DNA of 64,000 nt from Candidatus Microgenomates bacterium (GCA_049523135.1 JBEKNE010000001.1:651234-715233); one strand, 5' to 3'. Shown: positions 47,998 through 57,850, numbered from the stretch's first letter. Translations and numbers: made by a program. The notes: generated from the sequence alone by a model not told the origin.

Positions 47998-48646
47998 TCC
48001 AAGTTTCGACAAATTGCTTCCTGTGCTGCCGGGTTGAACCATATTTTTTGATTGCTTCCTGATGTTGTTTCGTGCCGTAACCCTTGTTTTTCGCCCACTT
48101 GTACTTTCTGTATTTCGGGTTTTTATTTAGGTTGGTCATTAGGCTGTCTCTATAAACTTTGGCAATAATTGAGGCTGCTGCAATTGAGATAGATTTCGTG
48201 TCTCCTTTAATAATCGGCTTCTGATTTTTCCGTCTCAAACCTTTAACGTAAGGAATATAAAAAGCATCTATAAGTAAATAGTCAATTCTTTCATTGCAGT
48301 TTTTAATAGCTTTACGAAAAGCTATCTCAGTAGCCTTTTTAATTCCAAATTTATTAATTTCCCCAACACCCGCTTTCCCAATTCCATAGCAGTAAGCATT
48401 TCTTTTTATCCAAAATGAAGCTAATTCCCTTTGTCTGGGAGTTAATTGTTTTGAATCATTAATAATTATTTTATTTTGTAATTTATTGAAAATTGTAAAT
48501 TGATAATTGTTAATCGGAACGAAGGCAACAGCCGCAGCGACCACCGGTCCTGCAAAACATCCTCTTCCAACTTCATCAACTCCGGCAATAAATTTGTAAC
48601 CTTGTTTTTGAAGTTTTTTCTCAAAAGAAAAATCAGGAAGAGTCAT
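47966..48646 (-). CDS. rnhB: ribonuclease HII
   Basis: IAGVDEVGRGCFAGPVV catalytic DEVGRG motif. Confidence 0.9.
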   Translation of the reverse strand: MTLPDFSFEKKLQKQGYKFIAGVDEVGRGCFAGPVVAAAVAFVPINNYQFTIFNKLQNKIIINDSKQLTPRQRELASFWIKRNAYCYGIGKAGVGEINKFGIKKATEIAFRKAIKNCNERIDYLLIDAFYIPYVKGLRRKNQKPIIKGDTKSISIAAASIIAKVYRDSLMTNLNKNPKYRKYKWAKNKGYGTKQHQEAIKKYGSTRQHRKQFVETWINNSSSSQAR

Positions 48647-49116
48647 TTGTGTTCGGGGCTGGGCCAGTGATACAGTATAGCGTCTCGCAAATCTTTATTC
48701 TTTTTTTCAATCTCCGCCTTGGATGAACTTGCAAGATTAAGTGCTTTTTTCACTGCCGCATTCCTTGATAACAAATCATTTGCTATCTTGTCAGCACTAA
48801 CACCTTGTGCCATAAGAGCCGGCATAAGTCTATCTGCCACCTCAGAAGGCTGTTCTGAAGGATATCTTGATCTGACATCTTTCAAAAGTTCTATTTCCTT
48901 AGCCTGACCTTCAGTTCCTTCAAATTCATCAGGAAAAGCCCTGGTAACAACAGAAACCAAGTCATCAAGAATCTCGGCGGGGACAAGGGTATCCTTTACT
49001 GGATTCCGAAATCGAGCGTCGGGTAAATTACCACCCTGGGAATATATTAAAATTTCCCCCTTTCTATTGGTTGTAACAATTGGTTTTCCAAAGGGTGGTC
49101 TTTCTTTGCTCTCCAT
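48643..49116 (-). CDS. hypothetical protein
   Basis: ORF coupled to rnhB (4-nt overlap). No motif recognised. Confidence 0.4.
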   Translation of the reverse strand: MESKERPPFGKPIVTTNRKGEILIYSQGGNLPDARFRNPVKDTLVPAEILDDLVSVVTRAFPDEFEGTEGQAKEIELLKDVRSRYPSEQPSEVADRLMPALMAQGVSADKIANDLLSRNAAVKKALNLASSSKAEIEKKNKDLRDAILYHWPSPEHK

Positions 49117-49188
49117 AAGACGATTATATCAAACCATGGCAATTCCACTTCCATTTGGCTAAATAATCTGTTACAATTTACGCCTAGT

Positions 49189-49374
49189 ATGAAACCTGTC
49201 GTTACTTTCTTTTCGGAAGTAAGGAGTGAACTTTCCAAGGTTACCTGGCCAAAAAGAGATGAGGTTGTCAGGCTCACTCTTATAGTCTTTGTTGTTTCAG
49301 GAGTTGTAGGCTTATACGTAGGGGGGCTCGATTACCTGTTTACCAAGATATTAACGACAATTTTAACCAAATAG
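49189..49374 (+). CDS. secE: preprotein translocase subunit SecE
   Basis: 61 aa. VTWPKRDEV motif followed by single TM. Immediately upstream of nusG. Confidence 0.8.
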   Translation: MKPVVTFFSEVRSELSKVTWPKRDEVVRLTLIVFVVSGVVGLYVGGLDYLFTKILTTILTK

Positions 49375-49377
49375 AAT

Positions 49378-49989
49378 ATGGATGAAGATACAAACCAAGT
49401 CGCAGAGCGCGGCATTGGACACAAAAAAATACAAGGGCATATTGTCCTTTCCCAAACTGAAGATCCCAAGGCAAAATGGTATGTTGTTCATACCTCCTCA
49501 GGACATGAGGCCCGTGTCATGGACACCTTAAAACAAAGAGTCGAAACCATGAACCTCGAGGGCAGAGTTTTCGAAATGCTCGTCCCTACTCAGGACAGGG
49601 TTATCATAAGAAGCGGAAAAAAGGCCACAATTAAGGAAAAAATCTTCCCGGGGTATCTTCTTGTCAAAATGATTTTGGATGATCCGACTTGGTTGGCAGT
49701 TAGGACTACCGCCGGAATTACAGGCTTTGTTGGCGCCGGCAATAACCCGACACCTCTTTCCGAAACGGAAGTATCAAACATTCAAAAGTTTATCGCCTCA
49801 CCAGCTCCGAGATTTAAGACAAAGTTTTCTGTCGGCGAAGCAGTGAAAATTACCGATGGGCCTTTTAGCGATTTTCTTGGAACAATCCATGAAATGGATG
49901 AGGAAAAAGGCAAAGTTAAAGTTCTTGTTTCAATCTTCGGCCGCGAAACTCCGGTTGAACTCGATTTCCTCCAAATACAGAAAGTCTGA
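49378..49989 (+). CDS. nusG: transcription termination/antitermination factor NusG
   Basis: KWYVVHTSSGHE NGN domain, C-terminal KOW (FSVGEAVKITDGPFSDFLGTI). Confidence 0.9.
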   Translation: MDEDTNQVAERGIGHKKIQGHIVLSQTEDPKAKWYVVHTSSGHEARVMDTLKQRVETMNLEGRVFEMLVPTQDRVIIRSGKKATIKEKIFPGYLLVKMILDDPTWLAVRTTAGITGFVGAGNNPTPLSETEVSNIQKFIASPAPRFKTKFSVGEAVKITDGPFSDFLGTIHEMDEEKGKVKVLVSIFGRETPVELDFLQIQKV

Positions 49990-50062
49990 GCCAAAAAAAA
50001 CAGCGGAGACTTATCCAATCCTTGCCAAAGGCAAAAATCAGTGCTCCGCATTTTGCGAAAAA

Positions 50063-50269
50063 TTAATCAGGATTAAATTTTTCCTGACTTTCCTCACAAA
50101 CACCCCTGCGATCACTCCGAAAATGATGTACTCCTTCAAATATTGAAATAACAAAACAAAAACAGGCTGCTATTGAAAGAGTGTTATTTCCGGTAATTCC
50201 ACCAACTAAAGCCAAAATCAAAAAGGCCGGAAACCAAATACAATCGAGAAACTCAGTAAATTTTTTCAT
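50063..50269 (-). CDS. hypothetical small membrane protein
   Basis: 68 aa with two hydrophobic helices. Confidence 0.3.
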   Translation of the reverse strand: MKKFTEFLDCIWFPAFLILALVGGITGNNTLSIAACFCFVISIFEGVHHFRSDRRGVCEESQEKFNPD

Positions 50270-50293
50270 TATATTTTCTTCTCCTTTGAATCT

Positions 50294-50713
50294 TTATTGA
50301 TTCATCCCGTTGTCTTGCCCGACTTTCATAAAATAATACATCAAGCTATTGATGCTAGAGGGTTGATCTTTTCCCCAGGCGAACAAAATTTGTTCGCTCA
50401 ACCGCTTCAAGTAGTCTTGTGTATCCGGCCAGCCATAACTTTGGTAATTAGACTTTACCAGATCAATACAATAGTCGGAGTTTTTATCCAAATTTACATC
50501 TGTCTTCCCAAACGCAATTTCAATTCCGTCATTACAAACTTGCGTAATCGCTTCTTGAACATTGGGCGGAATCTCAACAGAATTTGTGGGAAGAATGGTT
50601 GGTGTCGGTTTTTGAGTTATTGCCTGATTAACTATAATGAATCCTTTCACAACTATAAAAACAAACAACAAGACAAAAAGGGCTCCTCCTAAAATATAAC
50701 CGATGCTTCTCAT
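50294..50713 (-). CDS. hypothetical secreted/membrane-anchored protein
   Basis: N-terminal TM/signal, Pro/Thr linker, two Cys. Confidence 0.4.
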   Translation of the reverse strand: MRSIGYILGGALFVLLFVFIVVKGFIIVNQAITQKPTPTILPTNSVEIPPNVQEAITQVCNDGIEIAFGKTDVNLDKNSDYCIDLVKSNYQSYGWPDTQDYLKRLSEQILFAWGKDQPSSINSLMYYFMKVGQDNGMNQ

Positions 50714-50857
50714 GTTTTCCTCTCTTTTTGAAAAGGTTTTTTTAGTTGTTAGAGTGCTAGAAAACTAGGTTCAAAGCAAAATATGAACCTAGACTATTTC
50801 CAACTGAAGCTAACGTTATAGGTCAAAATTACTCATTTGTCAAGTCCGGTAAGGCTC

Positions 50858-50887
50858 TTGCCAAATTCACCCATACCCTGCTATAAT
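50858..50887 (+). promoter_or_regulatory. sigma-70-like promoter upstream of rplK (-35 TTGCCA, 18-nt spacer, -10 TATAAT) followed by L11 operon leader
   Basis: Hexamers read directly, about 90 nt upstream of rplK start. Confidence 0.4.
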
Positions 50888-50974
50888 ACCTCTTACCTAG
50901 CCAAAATAGCCAGGGAGACGCAAGTCGAAACTTCTTAAATCAGTTTCCCCTTGTGTTCCAAAATCTAAAATAGA

Positions 50975-51397
50975 ATGGCAAAAAAAGTTAAAGTAGTAGT
51001 CAAAATAAATTTACAGGCAGGGGTCGCAACACCCGCTCCTCCGGTTGGAACCGCTTTGGGTCAGCATGGTGTTGCCATTATGGATTTCGTCAAACAATAT
51101 AACGACAGAACTAAAGATATGAAAGGCCAAGTCGTTCCGGCAGTCATTACTATTTACGAAGACAGAAGTTTTGTCTTTGTAATCAAAAAAGCCCCCGTTG
51201 CCGATATGATTAAAAAGACTTTGGGAATTGAAAAAGGCAGTGGACACATGCCCAAGGAAACCGCAGGAACCTTGACCCGCAGCCAAGTAAGAAAAATTGC
51301 CGAGGAAAAAATGGCCGATCTGAATACTACAAACATCGAAGCCGCAATGAAAATTGTTGAAGGAACAGCCCGCTCAATGGGAGTCAAAGTGGAATAA
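50975..51397 (+). CDS. rplK: 50S ribosomal protein L11
   Basis: [24 protein letters not shown] canonical L11 N-terminus. Confidence 0.95.
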   Translation: MAKKVKVVVKINLQAGVATPAPPVGTALGQHGVAIMDFVKQYNDRTKDMKGQVVPAVITIYEDRSFVFVIKKAPVADMIKKTLGIEKGSGHMPKETAGTLTRSQVRKIAEEKMADLNTTNIEAAMKIVEGTARSMGVKVE

Positions 51398-51406
51398 ATT
51401 TAAATT

Positions 51407-52198
51407 ATGGGAAAAATGAAAACCACCGAGGTCGGTGAAAATAAAAACAAAGAAAAACAGGAAAAAGCTCGCAAAGGTGAAACTGAAAAGATTCATTTGA
51501 GTGGACTTAAAGGCGGACAAAGAGTAAAAGTCATCGAAGCGGAAATGCCTGACGAAGAGATAAAAACCGAAGGAACTGAAGTTAAAAAATCAGGCGGGAG
51601 AAAGATTATTGAGCGCGTCAGGGGCAAAAAATATAAGGAGGCAAAAGCCAAATTTGACCACGAAAAGCATTACAAAGTTGCCGAGGCCGTCAAACTTGTC
51701 AAAGAATCTTCATATTCAAAATTCAACGGGACAATGGAACTGCATTTAGTTGTCAAGAAGACAGGGACAAGCGCCCAGGTAACTCTTCCCCATCAAGCCG
51801 GACGTGAGAAAAAAGTTGAAATAGCAAGCGACGACACTATTGAAAAATTAAAGACAGGTAAAATTGATTTTGATGTGCTGGTAGCTACCCCCGCCACGAT
51901 GCCGAAACTTGTTCCTTTCGCAAGAATTTTGGGACCAAAGGGTTTAATGCCAAATCCCAAAAACGGAACTTTAGTTAATGATCCCAAAAAAGTAGCTTCT
52001 TTCTCAACCGCTACGATAACACTTAAGACCGAAAAAGAAGCTCCTCTTATTCATATGGTTGTAGGCAAAGTCAGCCAGAAAGAAACCGAGATTGCCGAAA
52101 ATATTGAGGCTGTTCTCAAAGCCTTTGGAGGCAGTAAACAAGTTGTAAAAGCCTTTGTCAAAGCCACCATGAGCCCTGCTGTTAAAATCAACATCTAA
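51407..52198 (+). CDS. rplA: 50S ribosomal protein L1 with about 60-aa Lys/Glu-rich N-terminal extension
   Basis: Core aligns to L1 from about residue 70 (KVAEAVKLVKE...PNPKNGT). rplK-rplA synteny. Confidence 0.9.
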   Translation: MGKMKTTEVGENKNKEKQEKARKGETEKIHLSGLKGGQRVKVIEAEMPDEEIKTEGTEVKKSGGRKIIERVRGKKYKEAKAKFDHEKHYKVAEAVKLVKESSYSKFNGTMELHLVVKKTGTSAQVTLPHQAGREKKVEIASDDTIEKLKTGKIDFDVLVATPATMPKLVPFARILGPKGLMPNPKNGTLVNDPKKVASFSTATITLKTEKEAPLIHMVVGKVSQKETEIAENIEAVLKAFGGSKQVVKAFVKATMSPAVKINI

Positions 52199-52620
52199 TT
52201 TGCAAATAAGCATAAATTGTTGTTAAATAAAACCCAATGACATTAGAAAACATCCAAAAACGAAATTTCCAGTTAAGTATTCTTGAAGCCAAAGAAAAAC
52301 TCGGCGAACTGACTGAAGAACAAAAAGCTCAACTGGAATCTTTACGCGAATCGGAACAACTAAGACATGCGGGCGTATCAGCCGGGGCTTTGATAGAGCC
52401 GACTGTTTACGGCGAAGGAATATCAGGGACTCCTGAATCAGACAGACTGCAAAATTTAAAACTTGAACATAAAAGAGCTACAAGGCAAGATAAACGTAGT
52501 AGCCGCGGGGGCTCTACTGGTTGACTTAGCCTGCCAATTATTAGATAATACCCATGTCCTAAGAAAGCTCGCATTCCGAGAGGATACAAGTCAAGCCGAG
52601 GCAAAAAGCGATAATTTTAT

Positions 52621-52646
52621 GCGCGCCTCAAGGGCGCGTTTTTTTT
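52621..52646 (+). promoter_or_regulatory. rplJ leader attenuator/terminator-like hairpin
   Basis: GC stem CGCGCC/GGCGCG with loop TCAAG followed by T8, 8 nt upstream of rplJ start. Confidence 0.5.
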
Positions 52647-52654
52647 AGAAAAAT

Positions 52655-53206
52655 ATGTTAAAAGCACAAAAAGTTACATTCGTAGACAATTTGAAAGAAG
52701 ATCTTAAAGGAGCAAAATCTGTAGTTTTGGTTAACTATGCCGGATTGGGAGTTAAAGCCCAACAGGAACTTAAAAAGAGGCTTTCGGAAGTTGACGGACA
52801 CATGATTGTAGTTAAAAATACTCTTCTAAAACGCGCCGGCGAAGCGGTCGGAATCGACAAGGAAGTTTTAACCGATGATATTCTTTCCGGCCAAACTGCA
52901 CTCGTTATCGGGAGTGAGGATCCAATTGCCCCGATTCAAGTCTTGGGAAAGTTTGCCAAAGAATTTGTCAGTGAAGTGGGTTTGCCCATACCGAAATTTA
53001 AAGTCGGAGTTGTCGATGGATCTTTCCAGGATGAAGTTTCCCTTGCCAAACTTGCCACTCTTCCGGGACGTGATGCACTGCTTTCGCAAGTCCTTGGAAC
53101 CTTGATGGGTTTGGAATACGGCTTAGTTGGAACACTTAATGGAAATTTACAAAAGCTTATCTACATATTAGATCAAGCCAGTAAAAAGAGCGGAGGTGAA
53201 AAATAA
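52655..53206 (+). CDS. rplJ: 50S ribosomal protein L10
   Basis: L10 family similarity. rplJ-rplL coupling (ATGA overlap). Confidence 0.9.
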   Translation: MLKAQKVTFVDNLKEDLKGAKSVVLVNYAGLGVKAQQELKKRLSEVDGHMIVVKNTLLKRAGEAVGIDKEVLTDDILSGQTALVIGSEDPIAPIQVLGKFAKEFVSEVGLPIPKFKVGVVDGSFQDEVSLAKLATLPGRDALLSQVLGTLMGLEYGLVGTLNGNLQKLIYILDQASKKSGGEK

Positions 53207-53613
53207 TGACAGAAGAAGTAAAAAAGGCATCAGAAAAAATTGAAAAAATGGTTGAGGAAGTTTCAAAACTTTCCGTCTTGGAACTTTCGGAGTTGGTCAA
53301 TGCTCTTCAGGACAAACTCGGTGTTAGTGCCGCCATGCCGGTAGCTGCAGCCGCAGCCCCAGCAGCCGCGGGCGAAGCCCCGGCAGCCGATACGGCAAGT
53401 GCTACCCAAACAGTAACAATGACAGCATCCGGAGCCAATAAAATTGCAGTTATTAAAGCTTTGAGGGAAATTAATCCCAACTTAACTTTAATGGATGCAA
53501 AAGGCATGACCGAAACTCTCCCGGCTGAAGTTTTGAAAGACGCTAAAACAGAAGACGCAAAGAGCGCTTCCGAGAAACTTAAGACAGCAGGAGCAACCGT
53601 AGAGCTCAAGTAA
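53206..53613 (+). CDS. rplL: 50S ribosomal protein L7/L12
   Basis: N-terminal dimerisation helix, Ala/Pro hinge, C-terminal ...AGATVELK. Confidence 0.9.
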   Translation: MTEEVKKASEKIEKMVEEVSKLSVLELSELVNALQDKLGVSAAMPVAAAAAPAAAGEAPAADTASATQTVTMTASGANKIAVIKALREINPNLTLMDAKGMTETLPAEVLKDAKTEDAKSASEKLKTAGATVELK

Positions 53614-53646
53614 TTACTAAAAAGTTATTTGAGTCTACATCAAAAG

Positions 53647-53673
53647 ATCCGTCTTAAAACGACGGATTTTTTG
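53647..53673 (+). terminator. intrinsic terminator after rplL
   Basis: Stem ATCCGTC/GACGGAT, loop TTAAAAC, then TTTTTTG. Confidence 0.6.
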
Positions 53674-53768
53674 TGTTTGAGTTACGGTAATTAAAGAAAA
53701 ATGATGATATATTCGTATTTTATTAGGGGTGTGAAAATGAACAAAATTCAGGCATCCTCAGGGTAAAT

Positions 53769-55610
53769 TTATTGTTCTAAACCGGAAGAAAATAGCGATT
53801 TTAGGATATCTTTGGTGGCATCATACTTCTTCCCCTTTTCAACTTCCCAATGCAAATCATAACCCGGAGCACCGTTTATCTCTATCACGAAAAAGCGACA
53901 ATGGGCATCGTGTATATTTGGAGAAATTATATCTACCCCACAAAATCTCAAACCTAAAGCCTTTGTCGCTTTAATCGCTATTTGAGAATATTTCAAATCA
54001 AAATGTTCAACGTTCTCAACAGTACCTCCTGTGTGGGCATTTGCATTCATGCGTAATGTAATTTTCTCGCCTTTGGCCGGAACACTATTGTATCCCAAGA
54101 CTTGTTTTGTAAGCATTCTCTCGACTTCATAATTTAATATCAACGGTTCTATCCTCCCGTTATTATATTTCTCTATCAAATCAATTATTGTCAAATTTCC
54201 ATCGCCAACAACGGAAGGTAAAACTCTACGTGCTACTGCTAGTACCCTTCCATCTAAAACAAGAAAACGATAATCCTCCCCTTCCACATATTCCTCAATT
54301 AATACTGATTTATATTTCTCCCTGACTCTATTAAATGTTTCCTTAAGCTCATCAACATTCTCAAGTTTTGCTGCCACAAATTTTCCGGACGATGCGGTAT
54401 CGGGTTTTATTACTAAAGGAAAAGAAATTTTTTTCGTTTTTAGTGATTGCAGGACTTCCTCCCAGGTGCCAGCTAGAATCCCCGCTGGTGTTGGTATACC
54501 GCACTTTCTCAAAATCTCTTTCGTCAAATTTTTCCTCTTGGTCAACTTGGTTGCAACCGTCGAATTCAAAGAAAAGAGATTCTTAAATGTAAAAATAGTT
54601 TTTCCATTTTTTGAAATTTCATAAACTCTTTTATCCGCAGGGTATTCATGCACAAAATATCCCAGTTTTGCCGCATCTTTAGCAAAATCGTCCATCAGTG
54701 TTGTAGATCTGGGTTTATCGGTAATCAAAAATTTGATAATCTCTCTCTCAACATTCAACCCGGTGTCCTCTTTAATAGAATCCCATTTGGGTGCTGAGTT
54801 TACCTCAAGTATAAAAAGATTTCCGTTTTCGTCTTCCAGAATATCAACTCCAGCAACATCAATTGAAAGAGCATTTACCGCTCTTTCAGCCAATATTGAA
54901 TATTTGTGGGGTACCTTTTTATACGACATTTTTACAGGACCCTCTTTACCAAAATGGTCCTTCCATCTAGTAGGTCTAACAATTGCAGCCATTGCTTTGC
55001 CGCCAATTACAAGAACTCTAACTCTTATACTTGCTTTGATAAATTCTTGCGCGAGAAATCTTTCACCTAATATCTCCCGAATTGTCAGATCTTCAATCAG
55101 TCCATCTAATTGCTTTTTATTCTCCGATAACCATACGGCACGCCCCCTTTTACCATTGGTACCTTTAATAACAAAGGGGAAACCAAAAATTTTTGGTGCC
55201 TGTTTCCCAATCTTTTTCAAAGACATAAACAATGTCCTTGGAACAGGAATGCCATTTTCAAATAAAAGTTTTGTCTCAAGACCTTTAGCTAGTGGCAATC
55301 GGATAAATAGGGACTTTTGATACATTCCGTCAACAACTTTTACTCCGTTTTTTCTGGCATAATCGGCAACTATCGACGCATCTTCAAAATGCTTACTTAC
55401 AACTCTAAAGTAAATTACACCGAAAGAAGCAATGTCCTTACCTTTAATTAAAATTACAGGAGCAGCAGATGTTTTATTAAGGTCATATTCCAAATCCAAA
55501 AATGATGCTGTAGTCATATCCAGCCCCATCACTTTACCCTCTCTGGAAAACGCGGTGAGATGATTTACTTTTCCACCAGTGATAATTAATATTTTCTTAT
55601 TATTTGTCAT
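53769..55610 (-). CDS. tandem double ATP-grasp protein (two RimK/cyanophycin-synthetase-N-like ATP-grasp modules in one 613-aa polypeptide)
   Basis: Module 1: FPFVIKGTNGKRGRAVWL, ILEVNSAPKW. Module 2: FPLVIKPDTASSGKFV, EEYVEGEDYRFLVLDGRV, FFVIEINGAPG. Confidence 0.7.
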   Translation of the reverse strand: MTNNKKILIITGGKVNHLTAFSREGKVMGLDMTTASFLDLEYDLNKTSAAPVILIKGKDIASFGVIYFRVVSKHFEDASIVADYARKNGVKVVDGMYQKSLFIRLPLAKGLETKLLFENGIPVPRTLFMSLKKIGKQAPKIFGFPFVIKGTNGKRGRAVWLSENKKQLDGLIEDLTIREILGERFLAQEFIKASIRVRVLVIGGKAMAAIVRPTRWKDHFGKEGPVKMSYKKVPHKYSILAERAVNALSIDVAGVDILEDENGNLFILEVNSAPKWDSIKEDTGLNVEREIIKFLITDKPRSTTLMDDFAKDAAKLGYFVHEYPADKRVYEISKNGKTIFTFKNLFSLNSTVATKLTKRKNLTKEILRKCGIPTPAGILAGTWEEVLQSLKTKKISFPLVIKPDTASSGKFVAAKLENVDELKETFNRVREKYKSVLIEEYVEGEDYRFLVLDGRVLAVARRVLPSVVGDGNLTIIDLIEKYNNGRIEPLILNYEVERMLTKQVLGYNSVPAKGEKITLRMNANAHTGGTVENVEHFDLKYSQIAIKATKALGLRFCGVDIISPNIHDAHCRFFVIEINGAPGYDLHWEVEKGKKYDATKDILKSLFSSGLEQ

Positions 55611-55612
55611 TC

Positions 55613-56914
55613 TTATTGTGTTGGATTAATTAAAAAACCAGCCATATCGTTCCTACCCATTAAAAACCGCGTTGACATTCTTGACCTGTCAGTCACCGAG
55701 GCGGTTGATCTAATCTTTTGTCCAGCAATTATATAAGTAATCCCAATCACAGGTCGTGTTTGTAAACCACTTGCCGATCTATATTCATACTTGTCTTTCC
55801 ACAAAATATTTTCTTTTGTCATTAACCCTAAGTCTTCAGCAAGTCCCCTATCAATTGAGCTTCTCATTGCCCCTGTATCAATGCGTGCAAGTATCCTGAC
55901 CCTCCTGGATTTGTCAAAACTGTATATTTTTATTTCCTCTAAACCTTTGAGAGTTTTTATTCCTTCCTCCTGTGCTGCCCTATTTTCAAATCTTCCCGCA
56001 AAAAGCATTTTGGCAATTCTGACTCCGTGATCCGCATCAATTACATTCAGGTCATCCACTCTCTCCAGTCTCTTTTTAAGACCCTCTCCATTGGCAAGCT
56101 GAATCTGAAGCCCGGGTTGGGCATTAAGTTCAAGAACCATCGGTCCTTTATCTGGATGTAAAACGATATCAACCCCCACATAACCCAAATTGGAAGCTTC
56201 AGCCGCCTTGACTGCCGTTTCTAAAATCAAAGTCCAATTAGGTACTTTTACTCCCCGAAGTTTCCTTCCCGTGTCGGGTTTGTACACAATTTGACTTCCG
56301 TGCCAGATGGCATTTGTTGTTGTACCTGTTGCAATATCCACTCCAACCCCAAGTGCACCCTGATGCAAATTGGCTCTTCCGCCGCTTTCCTTCGTAGGTA
56401 ATCTAAGCATTGCCATAACGGGAATTTTGTTAAAAACAATTATACGGATATCGGGTGTTCCGCGATAAGCATACCTTCTGAAAGCTTTGGCACGGCCTAC
56501 ATATTCCTGAATAAAAGCAACATCGGGATCGTTTCCCATTGAATATGCTCCTTCCAGGATATCCAAAGTGTGAAGTTTAAGATCATCAGCCGTTACCCGC
56601 TCTTTCTGCGTAGTCAGCCATATAGGCTTACCGTTTGATTTCAATCGCCTTTTAACTACAATTATTCCCTCTCCTCCCATTCCCCGACTTGGTTTCAAAG
56701 CAAACTGGTCAGGAAGTGACCCCCAATCGGACTCAAGAACATCCTTAGGATCCATAAACTTCTTAAAAATTTCAGGGTGCGCCACTTCAGCTTTCTTAAG
56801 TACTCTTGCCGTCTGAATTTTGGAATCGGCAATACTTTTACCGCGCTTGGTATTATATTTGTATGCAAAAAGCTGAGTTCTGGCATTAAGCCCCAAAATC
56901 GAGGATGTTTTCAT
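55613..56914 (-). CDS. RimK-like alpha-L-glutamate-ligase-family ATP-grasp fused to C-terminal retropepsin-like aspartyl protease domain (pfam05618/RimB-like)
   Basis: ATP-grasp motifs FALKPSRGMGGEGIIVV, ANLHQGALGVGVDI, VLELNAQPG. C-terminal RILARIDTGAMRSSID (D-T-G-A active-site signature). Confidence 0.7.
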   Translation of the reverse strand: MKTSSILGLNARTQLFAYKYNTKRGKSIADSKIQTARVLKKAEVAHPEIFKKFMDPKDVLESDWGSLPDQFALKPSRGMGGEGIIVVKRRLKSNGKPIWLTTQKERVTADDLKLHTLDILEGAYSMGNDPDVAFIQEYVGRAKAFRRYAYRGTPDIRIIVFNKIPVMAMLRLPTKESGGRANLHQGALGVGVDIATGTTTNAIWHGSQIVYKPDTGRKLRGVKVPNWTLILETAVKAAEASNLGYVGVDIVLHPDKGPMVLELNAQPGLQIQLANGEGLKKRLERVDDLNVIDADHGVRIAKMLFAGRFENRAAQEEGIKTLKGLEEIKIYSFDKSRRVRILARIDTGAMRSSIDRGLAEDLGLMTKENILWKDKYEYRSASGLQTRPVIGITYIIAGQKIRSTASVTDRSRMSTRFLMGRNDMAGFLINPTQ

Positions 56915-56920
56915 ATAATT

Positions 56921-57850
56921 TTAACCTTTGATGAGTTTTCTAAACCTGTAGAATTCCATAACTCGAAGTCCTGTATATTTACCAAGGATGAGATCAAGGG
57001 CTGCCATTAAAACGAGAGAAATTTCAGGGTTCAGAAGTACATACTTTTGAAGCGGCTGAAAAGTCAAAAACAAGTATGAAACAAGCGACAGAATTAAAGT
57101 TTCAAAAGTTAAGTTCAAAGCCGTTTTGACACTTTTGCCAAGCTGAACTCTTGTAAAGTCCTCCGCCAGAAGGATTAGGATTAGAACCGCAAAAATGGAA
57201 ACGTTAGCAAGAGCCGAGAAACTAAGTACGGGAGCCAAGAATAAAATGCCTAAAACCCCAACCACAACAGCCCAAAGAATAAATGACATTCTGGGAAGGT
57301 ACTGAAGCCTGATCTTCAGCCTTCGGAGAATCATACGCACAAGCGTCGAAACGGTAACAATTACCAGGAAAAGTCCAATTCCGACAACCGGCCCTGTTGC
57401 CACAAACACAACCGACAAAGCGGCAGGGAGGAAAATTCCGAATCCTCTAATTCCTATCACATTACGCGAAAATGCTATGACAAAAGTTATGATAGGCAAA
57501 AGGAGCAAAAGAACAATTGTATTGGCAGGTACCCCTGAGGCTACCGCGCCACGGATCGCATACTTAACGGGGTTAAACGGCCAAACCGGGCCCAAAGTCT
57601 GATTTTTCAAAAGTGACTCCAGTGGACCCAGAGATTCTGTGCTCTTCTGAGTGATATCGATAGGTGCAGCAACAGGTGTAGGAGTTAGAGTCACAATGGG
57701 AGTTGGAGTCGGGGTTGGGGTTTGGGCTCTTCCCAAAGCCAAAGACGGCCTTACTAGCACCAATCCCAAAACCACAAAAAGTATTAAAAATATTTTTCTC
57801 ATGGAAAAAGTTTTCTCGAAAGTAAGGCTATTATACCATAAATGTCTCAA
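56921..57850 (-). CDS. polytopic membrane protein (signal/TM, Pro/Thr linker, about 7 TM). Candidate partner of ATP-grasp system (7TM_transglut-like, no transglutaminase domain seen)
   Basis: Hydropathy pattern. 6-nt gap to ATP-grasp/protease gene. Confidence 0.45.
   Translation of the reverse strand: MRHLWYNSLTFEKTFSMRKIFLILFVVLGLVLVRPSLALGRAQTPTPTPTPIVTLTPTPVAAPIDITQKSTESLGPLESLLKNQTLGPVWPFNPVKYAIRGAVASGVPANTIVLLLLLPIITFVIAFSRNVIGIRGFGIFLPAALSVVFVATGPVVGIGLFLVIVTVSTLVRMILRRLKIRLQYLPRMSFILWAVVVGVLGILFLAPVLSFSALANVSIFAVLILILLAEDFTRVQLGKSVKTALNLTFETLILSLVSYLFLTFQPLQKYVLLNPEISLVLMAALDLILGKYTGLRVMEFYRFRKLIKG

Noticed and set aside
40056-49188. Bona fide tRNA-Trp-integrated genomic island with attL/attR
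   Set aside because: No integrase and no direct repeat of the tRNA-Trp 3' end near secE were visible. Embedded housekeeping genes (gmk, rpsU, rnhB) argue against a simple recent island. Reported only as a synteny disruption.
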